From: Camelus ferus
Taxonomy: Eukaryota
Reading direction: 5' to 3'
Length of the DNA: 64,000 bases
Assembly: GCF_009834535.1 (NCBI RefSeq)
Contig: NC_045697.1
Coordinates: 18,230,001-18,294,000, forward strand
The notes beneath the pieces are model-generated. The model was given only the letters and a program-made list of their open reading frames with translations. It was not told the DNA's origin and made no database searches. Positions 39,030 to 53,330 of this stretch are shown here, piece by piece. The position numbers and the translations under genes were made by a program. Position 1 is the first letter of the stretch, and the number at the start of each line of letters is the position of its first letter.

Positions 39030-39700
39030 CAAGAGAATTCCGATCAGCGAATGTAGGAGGAATGAGAGAAATAGAAAATTATCATTGGCACACACCACAG
39101 TTAGTGGCTGCAGGCAAGATTTACTGAAGGATACTAAAATCAGTGGACAGGAGTTTGAGTAGAAATAGAATGTCTGCACTGTTGCAAACTGTCTCCCTAA
39201 GATACCTGTAAATTAGAAAGAGAAAAATACTAACTTTATAGGGGAGAACTCAGCAGAAACCACCTCAGCCAAGTGGTTGAGATTAACCTCACCAGTAATA
39301 AGGCCTCATATGATACACTGAGAAGAACACATCATTTCTGGGCAATCCTGGCCCAAAGTGCATTATCTCAATTTATTCGGGAGAAAACAGAAGACAGACC
39401 CAAATCGAAGGACATTCTACAAAATATCTGACCAGATTCTTCCAAAGTGTCAAAGTCATGAAAGACAAGCAAAGACAGACCGTCCCAGATTGAAGAAGAC
39501 TGAAAAAATTTTGACACTTAAATACAATGTGTGCTCCTGAGTGGAACCCCGGAACAGAAGAATAACATCAGAGGAAAAACTAAGGAAACCCAAATAAAGT
39601 CTAAAGTGTAATTATTGAATCCACATTGATTCCTTAGTTTGATAACGATATTGTGGCTACACAACTTCTCTATAAATCTAAAAATATTTCAAAATAAGAA
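39030..39700 (+). mobile_element. Old L1 3' end (L1MC/L1MD-like)
   Basis: gacagacccaaatcgaaggacattctacaaaat...tgtcaaagtcatgaaagac...tataaatctaaaaatatttcaaaataa. Confidence 0.7.
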
Positions 39701-39844
39701 CTTCCCCCCATCAAAGGGTTACTGAGAGCAGAGTCCTAGCACTAAAGTGTTGGCCCAACTATACAAGTAAACTACTCCGGATTTGGACCACACTTCCAGT
39801 TTCTTGAGATTCTGGTGAGTTAGTTTGATGGCATCTGGTAGAAA

Positions 39845-40030
39845 GACCCCTGGGTTTCGAGCCAGAAGACCTGGGTTTAGACTATGGCTGCTTCAGCTAC
39901 TAACTGTCTGGCCTTGGGCAACTTTCCACAGTTTTGCTATTCTCTACTATAAAATAATTATAATAATCCCCCCTGCCATGAGATGGCTGTGATGACTGCA
40001 TGGGAAACACAGTAAGTACTCAATAAATGT
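39845..40030 (+). mobile_element. MIR SINE
   Basis: agccagaagacctgggtt...ccttgggcaa...cagtaagtactcaataaatg. Confidence 0.7.
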
Positions 40031-40045
40031 CCGTCACTATGGTCA

Positions 40046-40378
<333 letters not shown>

Positions 40379-41310
40379 TCATATGCGTGACTGCAAGTTT
40401 TTCCCACCAGAATCTGAATACAGACACATATTTAGGTTTCTACGGTACGTTGGAAGGGGAAAAAAGGGTTTCTCACTGAGCATCCCCATTTCTAGGTACG
40501 TTTTCTTGCCTGGCCAGGTAGCTCTCCTGAATGTGTCTGCAATCTTACAGCCAGATCAGCCAAGGCTGTTTTGGGCACCAACATTTTGCTGCCTGGTTTT
40601 GATGACTGATGGGCATTTCTTTACTCTGTCTGAGCCACATATTTTATTTTTCCTCTGCAGAAAATGTTTTGTTTAAGAGTGTATATTTCACTCAATGTCC
40701 AATCAGCAAAATAGAATCTATGTCAGGTAGTTCAAAAGAGGGATTTTAATACTGGAAACTGGTTGGAAGAACTGAAGGTGCAAATGGGAAAGAGTGGTTA
40801 GCAAGGCAAGAAGCTACTACCTTCCCGGGGCTGGGGGCCAGCCGAGACCACAGGGGATGGACTGCCGGGCAGGAGCTGGAACCATGGAAACGCAGCCATT
40901 GCCAGAAACAGCCCAAAGCAAAGAGAGAAGGGGAGAAATACTTGGGCTTCTTACCCCTTCCCACCCTGCAATTTCCTGCCAGCGCCTCCCTTTGGCTGTA
41001 ACTAAGAGATGACCCAGGGCAAAGGAGTCTGGGAACTGTAGTTTCTGAGGGTCAGCCTCCTAACACACCCTGCAGAGCCAGAAAGACAGGGAATCCATCC
41101 GAGGGCCAAAAGGCAATGACTGGCCCAGAGAATCTCTCCATACTAGCTTTATCTTTCGAATTCTCACTGATCCCTTAGAAACTGTGGGTCCAAGCATTCG
41201 ATGGACAATGGAAGAAGAGAAATGTATTGCTTGAGGCCGAAAGCAGAGTTTAGGCAAGATCTTAATAGCTGAGATTTTTCACTCTCTTTCTTAATTGTTT
41301 AGAAATATCA

Positions 41311-41484
<174 letters not shown>

Positions 41485-41553
41485 CTAAGAGGGTGAAGGG
41501 GAAGAAAAAGTTAACTCATTAATATTTCGGCCAAGTGAGTAATTTTGCCTTCA

Positions 41554-41721
<168 letters not shown>

Positions 41722-42412
41722 TTAATAATAAATTTCACATAGTGGCTCTTACTAATATTCATGGAAAGCTTTATACTCACACATAAGAGAGCACAAAATA
41801 AGCAGTTTTTTAAAAATCACAAAATCATGATTTTTTTTTAAAAATAAATACTGTTGTTAAAAATACCGCATGCACTGATTTATTTTCTGTCTTAAAGGCT
41901 GAACTCACAGACAAGGTTGGGAGCTAGCTGATGCAACAGCTACCTCTACTGGCCGAATGGTATGACGCGTGCTGGCGGGGGAGCTGTCTGTTAGTTTTCA
42001 GTCCTGAATCCATCCATCCTCTGTCCTCGCTTAGAGGAGATAAGTGGCATTAAGAAAAAGCCCTGCACTTTCCAGTCCTCTGTTTTGTGAAGGGCTTTAT
42101 GGGGCTTAGAATTCTGAACAAGCTTAATTAAAGCTGAACTTCTGTGGTACATTAGAAGTTTGGCAAAGGAGAAGCAGTTTACAAGGGGCTTGATACCAAT
42201 GGCCAAAAACACAACTGAAAAAAAATGTATTCGACACCAGTGGCAATTGAGTACTTGCAAAACAATGAGAGACCACTTTTCATCTGTTGAAAGGCTGGAA
42301 AGGTCCAATTCATAATATGGATAGCAGCAAGGGCTTGGGGCAAACGGACATATTCTTACAATCACTGCTAGTGGCAGGCCAATTAATGCAATGATTAAAT
42401 GTGGGAAGTCTT

Positions 42413-42535
42413 GCAGGGAGGGTTTAGCTCAGTGGTGGAGCGAGTGCTTAGCATGCATGAGGTCCTAGATTCAATCCCCAGGACCTCCGGTTAAAAAATA
42501 AACAAATACATACCCCTACCCCCCAACACACACAA
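42413..42535 (+). mobile_element. Vic-1-like SINE with 16-bp target-site duplication, inserted in an old L1
   Basis: ggagggtttagctcagtggtggagcg...gattcaatcccc; TSD aaatgtgggaagtctt (42397-42412) / aaatatgggaagtctt (42536-42551). Confidence 0.9.
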
Positions 42536-45500
42536 AAATATGGGAAGTCTTAAGAATGTGCACACCACCTGGCCCATCAGTTCTGCCTCCCGAGGGTTTA
42601 TTCTAAAGAAACAATCAGAAACATATGCTAAGATTCTGTGGCAACAGAGTTCATGGCAGAGCGTCTATGTGCATGAAGAAAAACAAACAAACAAACAAAA
42701 AACCTAGAAACAACTCAAATACCTGAAAATCAGTGACTAGTTAAATGAACCCACGGTGTAGCCCCCTTCAGATGAGGCCATTAAAAATGAGGTGGACGAA
42801 GAGTATTCAAAAACGTAGAAAGATGTCTACACAGAATTTTCCATTGGGTGAAAAAAAAAAAGCAGGGTTAAAAAAAACAGTGAAATTCCACTTTTGTAAA
42901 ACAAAAATAAAATTGAATACACACATGGATACACAGACACGGATATATATATACACACAGAGGAAAAACCCAAAACCTAAAAATGATCTACCAAAATGTT
43001 AATAGGACTTAGCTCCAGGTGGTGAGAACGCAAGTGATTTTTATTTTTCTTTTTATTTATCTGATTTCCTCCATTTTCTTTCTGTTACCCATCTCATGAA
43101 TAAAAATTTATTTTAGTCATAAATAGTTGTTCCTAAAGCTTAGTTTTTATTTTCAGTAGCTGATATTAAGAACTCTTTCTTAGTTTTAGCTCCACCTAGG
43201 AACCGGTTTAAGGAAGGGTGAGGGGAGGCAGGGGTAGGGGCATAAGGAAGCAGATCTTGAAGTCATCCTTTCTACATTGCCAAAGAGCTTCTGGCAGGCC
43301 ATCCCTCGGGAAAGAGAGGTGACCCGGAGGTCAAGTTACGACAGGCAGACCTTAAATCAGACAGACTGCAAGTCACGGGCCGTGTGGCTGCTGACTGGGC
43401 TAATTCTGAGCCCCTGGGATACCCAAGGCAGCTGACCAGTCAGGCATGACTCACACTCAAGAGAGGAGGCTGGCTCAGCAGTGTCCCCGCACCGACAAGC
43501 CAGATAACAAGCCCACAACTGCAGCGACACAGAGACCCCCCAGGCACTTTCTGCACAGCCTGCAAAAGTCACGTTTGGTGACAAGAATATTCAGAGCAGA
43601 CCTCAGATGGGAGAACCGGCAAGGGAGGCTCAGCAGAAAGTCCCCATCATTGTACAGTAAGGTCCAGTTCCAAAGGTCTTACAATGTCAGGCTTCTTTGG
43701 AGACACTCAGGTTTCCCCAGTGCCTCAGTTTCCCCCAAGATGAATGAGGGAAGGAGATGGTGTAGATTTGCCAGCCCAAGGTCAAATATCAGGCAGGCTC
43801 CCTCTGCTGCTGGAACTGGATAGAATGGGGCTCATGTTACTGCAATGTAATAAAGTGAGTTTTTCTTAGACAGCAGTTGGGCGGACTATTAGGATTTGGG
43901 GAGGGGGTGGGGTACAAGGTTGACACTTCCTGTAAGAACAGAGTCACCATGTTAAATTTTATAAAGACAATATCTTGTCTCTAAAGTTACTTGGGTGGAG
44001 GGGTAGAGAAGGGAGGAACACGTTTTAGAGGAAGACTTCCATTGTCCAAATATCACGTAAGTCAGCAGGAAATTTCACAGAATTCGCAAGCATTTCCTTT
44101 GAGGAAGCACTGAAATCCATCAAAAAGAGACGTCTAAAAACACTGGCGTCAATAGAAGCAGTGAACAGACATCTACGCAGTCTTCCATCTTGCAGAAGCC
44201 ATCATCAGAGACGGTGGACTCTAAAACCACCACCATCCGTTTTCATATATTGAAGAGTGAACTCTAGGCAAGGGTCAGGACACTGAAGTCAAGACTTTCT
44301 CAGCTTATTAAAAGACTGCAGAAACAACATCTCTGCAGAAACCCTATCTTCATTCAGCCTCCCAGCACTTTGCTCTTTCTTGTGTCTCAGCTGAAACTGC
44401 CTAAAAGTATTAATTACAGGTATTTCTATCCTTATATTCATAAAACAAATATTTACTCGGTATTTGCTCTGTGCAGGAAGCCCAAAGACAAGCCACAAAA
44501 CTGTACTGTCCTTCCGTGAATTTCTTCAAGGTTTAGGAAGTCGACCAGAGCATTCAGCTTTATTTCCAACGCACAAAAGTGAAAACTGTCCTCCAGGCAG
44601 TCATTCTGATGGGGATAGGGTGGAGGTATGCAGAGAGGAGGGGATTTAGAATAAAGAATGAGTTCAGGGGAATATTTGCTGCCTTTCCACTTCAGACTCG
44701 GCACATTTGTTTACAGAACTTTCATAACGATGCATCTTAATAATCAGTCATGTGGCTGCTTGCTGTGAATTGTGAATTTGAGTATCTCTGAGCAGTTTCT
44801 CAAACAATTCTATTATTTTCTCTGTGCTCTTTTCTTCCAATGTCTGAAGCAGCTCAAAGTGGAAGGATTAAAAAAAAAGATCTGGTGTCTCAGTGGAATT
44901 TAAGAACCTTGCTCTGTGGCAAAAAGATGCGTCTCTTTCAAGTGGAATTTTGCGTGCCTGCTTGTCTTGCCTCAAGCTTACGAGAATCTGGCTAACCTCC
45001 TGGGCTAAGCATTTGGGGCATGTTTAAGACAAAGGACAATAAAACACACAGCTCACAGATAAAACACACAGAGAGAGGGATACGCTGGAGGGAAATGAAA
45101 CATGACGGGCAGCCTCTCCTTAGCTGACTTCTCCTGATGTCCGAGGACAGCCTCGGGCAGGACAACATTATCTTCCATATTATGCCGATACAGCGAAAAG
45201 CTCCCTTTTCCATCACGGTCCTCTTTTAAACTATCCCATATAAATCTTGGAACAACACAGAAAAGCACAAGCTCATCAAACTGACACATGTAATTTGAAA
45301 ATAATGTCCAGAATAAATTCACTCGTGGAAAATGAAAAAAAGGGGATGGACTTGAGACACTGATGGATGATTTAGTTCTATTACAGCAAAATAGATGGTA
45401 TCAAAAAAATGCCACGTGGTGGTGTGGGGAAGCCAACACTCATTTATTTCCTGTTAAACTCAGGGGGCCGGTTTGGAGGCTCAGAGAGCAGAAGAGATAG

Positions 45501-45589
45501 AACCACTTTGTGTCAAATATATTTGGACAAAGATTTTTCACTTTGGGATGGATACTAGATGTTTCTTCCTGTTGAGAGGAAATGGTCTC

Positions 45590-46320
45590 AAGTCCAGATT
45601 AAGACGTATCTTTTACAATACTTAGCACCAGCATCAAGGTTGGCAAGGGTATGGAGAAACAGAGATTTATACATGGTTAACAGAGTATAAATTGGTAGAA
45701 TAGTCTGGAAAACAGTTGGCATTATCTTGTAAAGTTGAACACACGCCTAGCCTGTGACCCCACTCTTAAGATTATATTTTAGAGAAACTCTTCTTATATG
45801 TGCCAGGATACACACGCAAAAAAATGTTTATGGCCACATCGCTCTTTTTTAAAAAATGGGAAACAACCCAAATATATGTTAATATGAGAATTGTTAAGTA
45901 AATTGTGATTTATGACAGCAACGAAAATGAATGACCTATGGACACCTGTATCAAAAGATAATAAATCTCAGAAACATGAGGTTAAGCAAACAAATTTAAA
46001 AAAGCAGTTGAAGAATTACATATAATATGATTCTAATGAAGTAAAGTTCAGAACCAAGTCAAATCTATTGCTTAGGAATATATCCACATACGGCAAATCT
46101 AAAGAGAGTCAGCGGCAGGGCAACAGCAGGGCTCAGGATGACGGCTAGTTCCGGGGGCGGAGGGCAGGGCTTGTTTCATGTGGGCAGGACATGGAGGGGG
46201 CTTCAACAGTTCATCTTCTTAAATAGGGTGGTAGGCTTACAGGTGTTCATTTTGTTGTTAGGCTTTGGAACTTACACACATGGCACACATTATTTGGTTT
46301 GTATCAATTGTTGTGTGATA
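45590..46320 (+). mobile_element. Old L1 (L1ME-like) 3' region
   Basis: aaggttggcaagggtatggagaaacag...ggaaaacagttggcattatcttgtaaagttgaac...ggaaacaacccaaat. Confidence 0.7.
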
Positions 46321-48643
46321 AAAGACAGGAGAACAACTTCCCTGGCTCAGACCACAGCTCCAGCTCAAAAGTTCAGCTCCTTTGACCTGGATTGCGAACT
46401 AGCTCCTGGATTCACGCTCTCCCCTCTCTTCACCACCATTCACAGGTGTCTGATTAAGCATCTCAGAACCCAGCCTTGTCATGTCACTACCCTCTCCCCA
46501 AACCATCAGTGGCTCCCCACTGCCCCACAAATGAAGTAAAAAGTATATGACCTGCTATTCAAAAGTCCACAATGCATCATCACTTTGATCTTGGCATTTT
46601 CCCCTCCCTTTTACAAATTTTACCCTCAAGGCAAACTGGGTGACAAAGTTTTCTAGACATACCCAGAACTTTCCTATTTCTTTGATATTCTTTAAATACT
46701 GCTCATGGCCCTTGAGTTATGGTTGTTCTGTCTATTGGCCTTAGTTCATTCTCTCAGTAGTTTTTGAGTACTTCCTAGGTGTCACCGGGTACTGGGCACT
46801 GGGCTACACACCACAGGGCAATCAACAAATAAAGAGCAATCATGATCCATGCAAGGACAAAAAGGAGTAAGGAGTTAGGCAGAACTTCTGGGCAGAGGGA
46901 ACAGCAAGTGCAAAGCCCCAGAGGTCAGAGAGAATATGGGCATGGCAGGTAGTTTGGCACAAGGAAGAGAAGAGGCAGCAGACTTCCCCCAGCCTTATTC
47001 GTGGCATCCCCTACAGCTATGGCAAGGTACCTTGCATTTAAGTGTACTCAGTAAAATCTGCTGAACTGAACCCAAAGTCACCAACAATGTAGAACACATT
47101 TAGCCCTCCTCCCCCCTGCAAAAAAAAAAAAAAATCAATCGTGCAATGTGGCTGAATATTCTGAGGACAGCAGGCAACAAAAACCTTAATTCCTCTTGAC
47201 CTTCACAGCAAATGTTTAAGTGTGCGCCCTGAACTGCTTTGTGATGTTAAATTCAAAAGTAGGCAAGGAAGCTAAGCTATTAGCAGATACTCTCTTTATG
47301 GGAAAAAGTGTCAGACATCTTGGGGGTGTGTGTGTGTTGAGAGGGTGTTTATGCTCTCCCTTTGGGAAAACCCCACGTATAAACACTTGGAGGTCTGAAT
47401 GCTTAGTTTCCCCTAAGAAGCAGTGGGGAGTAAAGGGAGGGGAACTTGGAGGGTGAGACATAGAGAACAAGTGAAAGTCAAAGTCAGTGCAGTTTTATGA
47501 ACTGAGGCTCATTTGGGAAACAAGATAAAACAGCACAAAAATTGTAAGCTGTATCAATCTGAAAATGATCATTGCGTTGAAAGATTTCTCTCTGATTATG
47601 CAAAATGAGGCCACAGGTGATAAACTTTCACAGGATAATAATAATAAACACTTTTATCTCATGCTTTTTGCACTGGACTCATTCTCTAATTTGAGATTCT
47701 CCTTCACTGAGATGCTCTCTGTAGGTTACATGGGCGCCCACGGACCAAAGGAGAAAATGGCATTCTTTTGGACTTATATATTAATTTCTAATTAAGAGTT
47801 GGATCTGAGTATGATTGATGATAGGTCTGCTCTAATGTCTTTGAGGCAGTGGACCAATGGGATGTGTGCTGATTTGTATATCCGTTTTAGTTATTATGGA
47901 AATACCCAGATCACTTAGGTAATCAACGAGCCAAGAAAATGTGGCCCAAGGAAAAGTAAGCTGGAGTGCAAGGCCTGATAGAAGAAACAAAAAGATGGAT
48001 TCAGGTTGAGTTTGGAAAAGTGTGTCCTTTTTTGTAAAATCAAGTGAAAGCAAATGGAGGGTATTTACAAGTCCTCACGTGTGGTGTCTCAACCCAGTCA
48101 GTACAGGACAGGATTTGCTAACTCCATCAGAAGAAGGTTACAGGTACAGTCTATCTGGCTGTGACAATGGATGTCTAGTGAGTGAATTCCAGCAACCTTA
48201 GGCTCCTGGAAGATGCAGTGAAATATCTATGGGAAGATGTAGCCTGAGCTTTCTCTCCTTCCCAGGAACAAGGTGGAAATCCTGGACTTTCTGTGGCCTG
48301 CTAGTGAGAGACAGAGGGTCAGCTAGGATCCCCTGAGCTATCTCCAGACTCTGAAACCGAGAAGAGTGAGCTTGAAGGGAAGAGAAGTCAACAGTATTCG
48401 TGTGTCTCTCAGCTTGATGAATGTGGACGCTCCCCCCAAAGAACTAATTTTTGTGTATAATTAAACATGGAAATGCTATGTTTTCCAATCAACAGCCAAT
48501 CAGTCAGTGAAACTCTGAATATCATTACTGGGAGGCTATGATTTCCCTGCAAATTGCTTTTTCAGTTGCATTTTAAGACTCCATCTCATAAGACTACGCT
48601 GACAGATTGAAAGGTAAGGACTGAGAAAGTTCAATCTAACTTA

Positions 48644-48790
<147 letters not shown>

Positions 48791-49119
48791 TCATATGATT
48801 TTATAAATCCCACTTGGGGAATATTTTGCTTGTGAGAATTTTTATGGAGCAACAAACCAGAACCGAATGTTAAGAAGGTAAAGAAAGATACATTTTGAGT
48901 GCCTGGCATTCAGTGCCCTTTCTAATGAATCTTAGGCACTCTCATTCTTGGAAACAAAGACATGAAAAATGTCCGCCAATATGGAAAAAAAAATAACCTT
49001 TATCAAGTGTTCTAGTACTGTCTCCATTAAAACATGTTTACTGATTTATTATAAGGTTTCCCTATTTTGTTTCTGCCCCTTAATTTATCCCAGAAGAGTA
49101 CTAATAATAAACTAGTCTG

Positions 49120-50030
49120 TTGTAATCTTTAGATTGACAATCACTGAAAGAACATTATAAAAATATGTAACTGACAAACTAATGAAAAGGGGGAAATACA
49201 ATAATTTTTTAAAATACTTGAAAAAAACACTTGATTAATTTAAAGTAAGGGCAAGAAAAGAGAATTAAGGTACAAGGAACAGATGGGACAGACAGAATAA
49301 ACAGTAAAATGGCAGATTTAAAACTAAATATAACCATATTTACATTAAATGTAAATGAGCTAAATATATCAATTGAGAACTAAAATTGTAAGACTAAACA
49401 AAAAGTACACAAACCCCAATTACAGGCTACTTACAAGAGACACATGAAAATTAAAAGACAGAGAGAGAATGAAAGTGAAAGAATGGAAAAGATAGAACAT
49501 GCAACTGTAACAAAAAAAAAAAGCAGGTGTACCTAAACTAACCTCAGAAAAAGTAGGCTTTAAGGCAAGGACCACCAACAGAGATAAAGACGACATTGTG
49601 ACATGATAGAAAGGTCACTAAGAAAGTAAAACAATTTTCAATCTCTATGATCCATTATATATTGAAAATATATAATTGACAGGACTTAAAGAACTAGAAA
49701 AGTATACACTCATAATGTGAGATTTTAATGCACTTCTTTCAATAACTGATACAACAAGAAGAAAAAAATCAGAAAGTATGTAGGAGATCTGACCAACACA
49801 ATTACCCAACTTGATGTAATTGATACATATATGTAGAATGTTGTGCCCAACCAGTTCAGAAAACACACTTTTTTAAAGAGACTATAAAGCATATATAAAA
49901 ATTGACCATATTCTGGTCATAAAGCAAGCCTCAACCCATTTTAAAGGACTGAAGTCATTCAGAATATATTCTCAGATCACAGTGTAATTAAGCTAGAAGT
50001 CAATAACAAAAGGCAAACAAGAAAATATGA
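49120..50030 (+). mobile_element. Old L1 ORF2 (endonuclease region) remnant
   Basis: acattaaatgtaaatgagctaaat...aaaattgaccatattctggtcataaagcaagcctcaac...ttctcagatcacagtgtaattaagctagaagtcaataac; frames are broken. Confidence 0.8.
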
Positions 50031-50203
50031 AACATATGAATGTTCACACCAAATAGCCTAACTAATAATGATAAAAAGCCCCAAGTCTGTCTAAGCCAAG
50101 TTTCATCACTGAGTTCAGGTCAGATTAAATTTGCTTTCAAATGTCTTATGAAAAATAACCTTTTGAAGAGCCAGACTATACATATGAGGTGGAAGTGTCT
50201 AAA

Positions 50204-50547
50204 GCAGAAGTATTCAAACTTTTTTTTTCTGTAAAGGGCAAGATATTTTAAACCTTGTAGGCTACATACAGTGTCTGTTGTATTTTCTTCATTGTATAAC
50301 CTTTTAAAAATGTAAAACCCATGAGGAGGTGTAGCTCAAGCTGTAGAGTGCATGCTTAGCATGCACGAGGTCCTGGGTTCAATCCCCGGCACCACCTCTA
50401 AAATAAGTAAGTGAACCTAATTACCTACCTCCACCAAAAAAATATAAAACCCTTTAAAAATATAAAAAGGCTTCTTCACTCCTGGGGCCATACAAGATGG
50501 GCAGTGGGCCACATGTTATCCGTTGGCCATAGTTTGCAAATCTATGT
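50204..50547. mobile_element. MER58-like hAT element interrupted by a SINE
   Basis: caaactttttt.ctgtaaagggc at the left end; gggccacatg...ggccatagtttgc at the right end. Confidence 0.7.
50321..50437 (+). mobile_element. Vic-1-like SINE with 15-bp target-site duplication
   Basis: gtgtagctcaag..gtagagtgcatgcttagcatgcacgaggtcctgggttcaatcccc; TSD aaaaatgtaaaaccc (50306-50320) / aaaaatataaaaccc (50438-50452). Confidence 0.9.
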
Positions 50548-51532
50548 AAAACATTTTCAGATACGTAAGACCTCAAAAATGTGCCTCCTAGTCATAGTCA
50601 GGAAGCTACTGGAGGGTAGCTACCAAGATGTAGGAGTCAACCAAGAAAGAGGAAGAAAAATGGTCCAGCAAAGAGGAGAACCAAATAAGACAGAGATGAA
50701 AGGGAAGGGAAACCCACAATGATGATCAAGTTAATTTCAGGAGGACAGCTCTTCTTGAATAAAGACTCCTGGAGAGATGTCACCAAGAAGATTAAATGAA
50801 TAGAAGAACTGATGGGTATAGACGTATTGAGAGGAGATTTAGAAAACTGAAGGAGAATGTGGAGATCAAGTATACAGGAAATGAGAAGTACACAGGGAGT
50901 GAAGGAAATAAATAACAATAAAAAATGATTATTATTCCACAGAAAACCAAAAGTTATGCAAGAAAGAAAAAGCAGTCATAGTATACCACATGGCTCAGCT
51001 GTGAATAGTGTTAAACAGTCATAATAAATAAGTGTAAACCCAGATACCAGCCCAACCAAACCAGTGATGCACATATTAGGAAGATGGGAGAGGGTAGGAA
51101 GTGTGAATGTGTCGGGTAGCAAGAGGTGGCAGAGTAAAAGGGAACTGTATACTATATCTTTCCCACTGGCACATCATCAGACAATGCCTATAAATAATAG
51201 AACAAGAAATAGTAGTTATTTAGAGATAGAGGCAAATAAAAAAGAAATAATTAAATGCTGAGAAGTGATTTATTCTAGGGAGCAGAAAATGGAGTGTGGT
51301 TGGGGGAGATTTCCTGTTTTCACTCGTCAAATTATTTTTTTAATTAAATTTTTAAAAATTTGCCTCAAATGATTTGGCTCTTTAAACTCTGTGCACGTGT
51401 AAATGATAAAATTAAAATAAACAAATTTTAATGCAAAAAAAAAGAATAAAAGAAAAAAGAACGCTATTTTCTTAGGCATGGTGAATACAGTATATGGCTT
51501 TCCCTTCACACGCAGCATCTACAGGGTTCTTA

Positions 51533-51682
<150 letters not shown>

Positions 51683-52292
51683 TCACTCTCATGAGGGAGA
51701 AGTCCTCCCGGGCTGGTTTCATCAGAGCTTAACTGGTGAGGTAACTGATACAAACATCACAGGTTTATAACTTCTGCTATCTTTAAGAAGACCAAGTCAA
51801 GTTCCAGGAAGACAGTCAGTCGCACAAGCTGGCCTCCCGATGTGATGCCCTTGACCGCGGCTATTCTGTTAAGTGTGCCCGATAAATAAGACAACACGAC
51901 GCTGCCGGTATCATTGCCCTCTCATCGGATCCTCGCGTAACCCCCACCAGCTAGACAGAAGACCACATCAAGTCACACCAGGCGGAAACTCAGGCACTTG
52001 TTTTCCTAACCTTGCTTAATACCTTTCTTCGAATTCAAGTGCAAACACTGCATCCCCAGTAGGAAGGTGAGAATTAGAATATGACAATAAAAAATCCAGG
52101 CTCGCAGATGTGTGGGAGAGCTGAGACATTTGCAAGGCATAAAAATATACAACCTCACACGGAGTCAAAGAGAGGTAGAGGGAAAAAACAAAACAAACAC
52201 TTAGATGGGTATACGTTCCACTGATTACTATGATTTTTTCCCAGACAGTTGACCACCATTTTTAAGCAGAGGGCTTAAAAGTATTTTTAAGT

Positions 52293-52495
52293 TTTGAAGC
52301 CAGATAGACCTGGGTTCAAATCCAGCTCTGCTCCCAACTAGCTGTGTGACCTTGGGTGTGTTAGTTGATCTCTCCAACTAAAAGAATAACTCAATTTCTA
52401 CATCTGAAAAAAGTGCCTTTGGAGAGTATCCAGCATGAAAGTTTGTTTCAAGGATTCAATGAGATAATGTATTCTCGAGGCTTGGCACCATGCTT
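52293..52495 (+). mobile_element. MIR SINE
   Basis: agacctgggttcaaatccagctctgc...ctagctgtgtgaccttggg core. Confidence 0.8.
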
Positions 52496-52559
52496 CACAA
52501 AAAATAATCTGATTCCTCAGCCGCAAATCTGCTGCCAAAGGCTGCCCATCCCCAAATGC

Positions 52560-53330
52560 CCCCTCTTTTCTTCCCATCTCAATACATGCCAAATACTTTG
52601 GAGTCATCCTGACTCCTCTCCCCTTCTCGTACCTGACATCCAATCATCTTCAAATCCTGTCACCTTGACCTTCAAAATACATCCAGAATCTAGTCCCATC
52701 TCAGCCCATCTTCTGATATTACCCACTCTTCCTCACTTGGATTCAATCATTAACCCCCTGCTCTTGCTCTTGTTCCTTCAAGCCTGGTCTCCATCAGGAT
52801 CCAGGAGAAGCCTTTTAAAACACAGCATATCACTGCCCTGTTGAGAGCTGGCGCGTCCCGCCCAGAGCAGCTGCATCCTCATGTGGACCAGGGCGCCTGC
52901 CTCCTTGACCTTCTCTCCCCCTCACCCCACTTCTCTGCTCCTTGCCCCCACCCTCCCGCCTCCCTGCTCTTCCTTGAACCTGCCAAACCTGCTTTCTTCT
53001 AGGGGCTTTTGCTCTCTTTCCGGAATGTTCTGGATATTCATGAGACTCCTCTAGGAATCTGTACAATGTCACATTATCAGGGAGGTGTCTGATCTCCCTT
53101 ATCACATAGCATCCCCCCAATCTCCACCCTCCCGATCCTCCTTATCCTGCTTTATTTCTTCCCATAATCCTTATCTCCCCCTGCCCTCATACTACACATT
53201 TGTTTATTATCTTTCTGCCCCATCGGAATGTAAGTTTCCCCAAAGCAGGGACTGTTTTGTCTGCTGCTGCATCTCCACTGCCTGGAAGAGTGCCTGACCT
53301 AGGACAGGTGTTCAGTAATTTGTTGAATGG
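52560..53330 (+). mobile_element. L2 LINE 3' portion
   Basis: ggagtcatcctgactcctctc...ttcaaaatacatccagaatc...gaatgtaagtt...gcagggactgttttgtctg...agtgcctg...atttgttgaatg (L2 terminus). Explains ORF 52365..52844. Confidence 0.85.

Noticed and set aside
52365..52844. 159-aa plus-strand ORF
   Set aside because: Lies across MIR and L2 remnants, antisense within a SEL1L3 intron.
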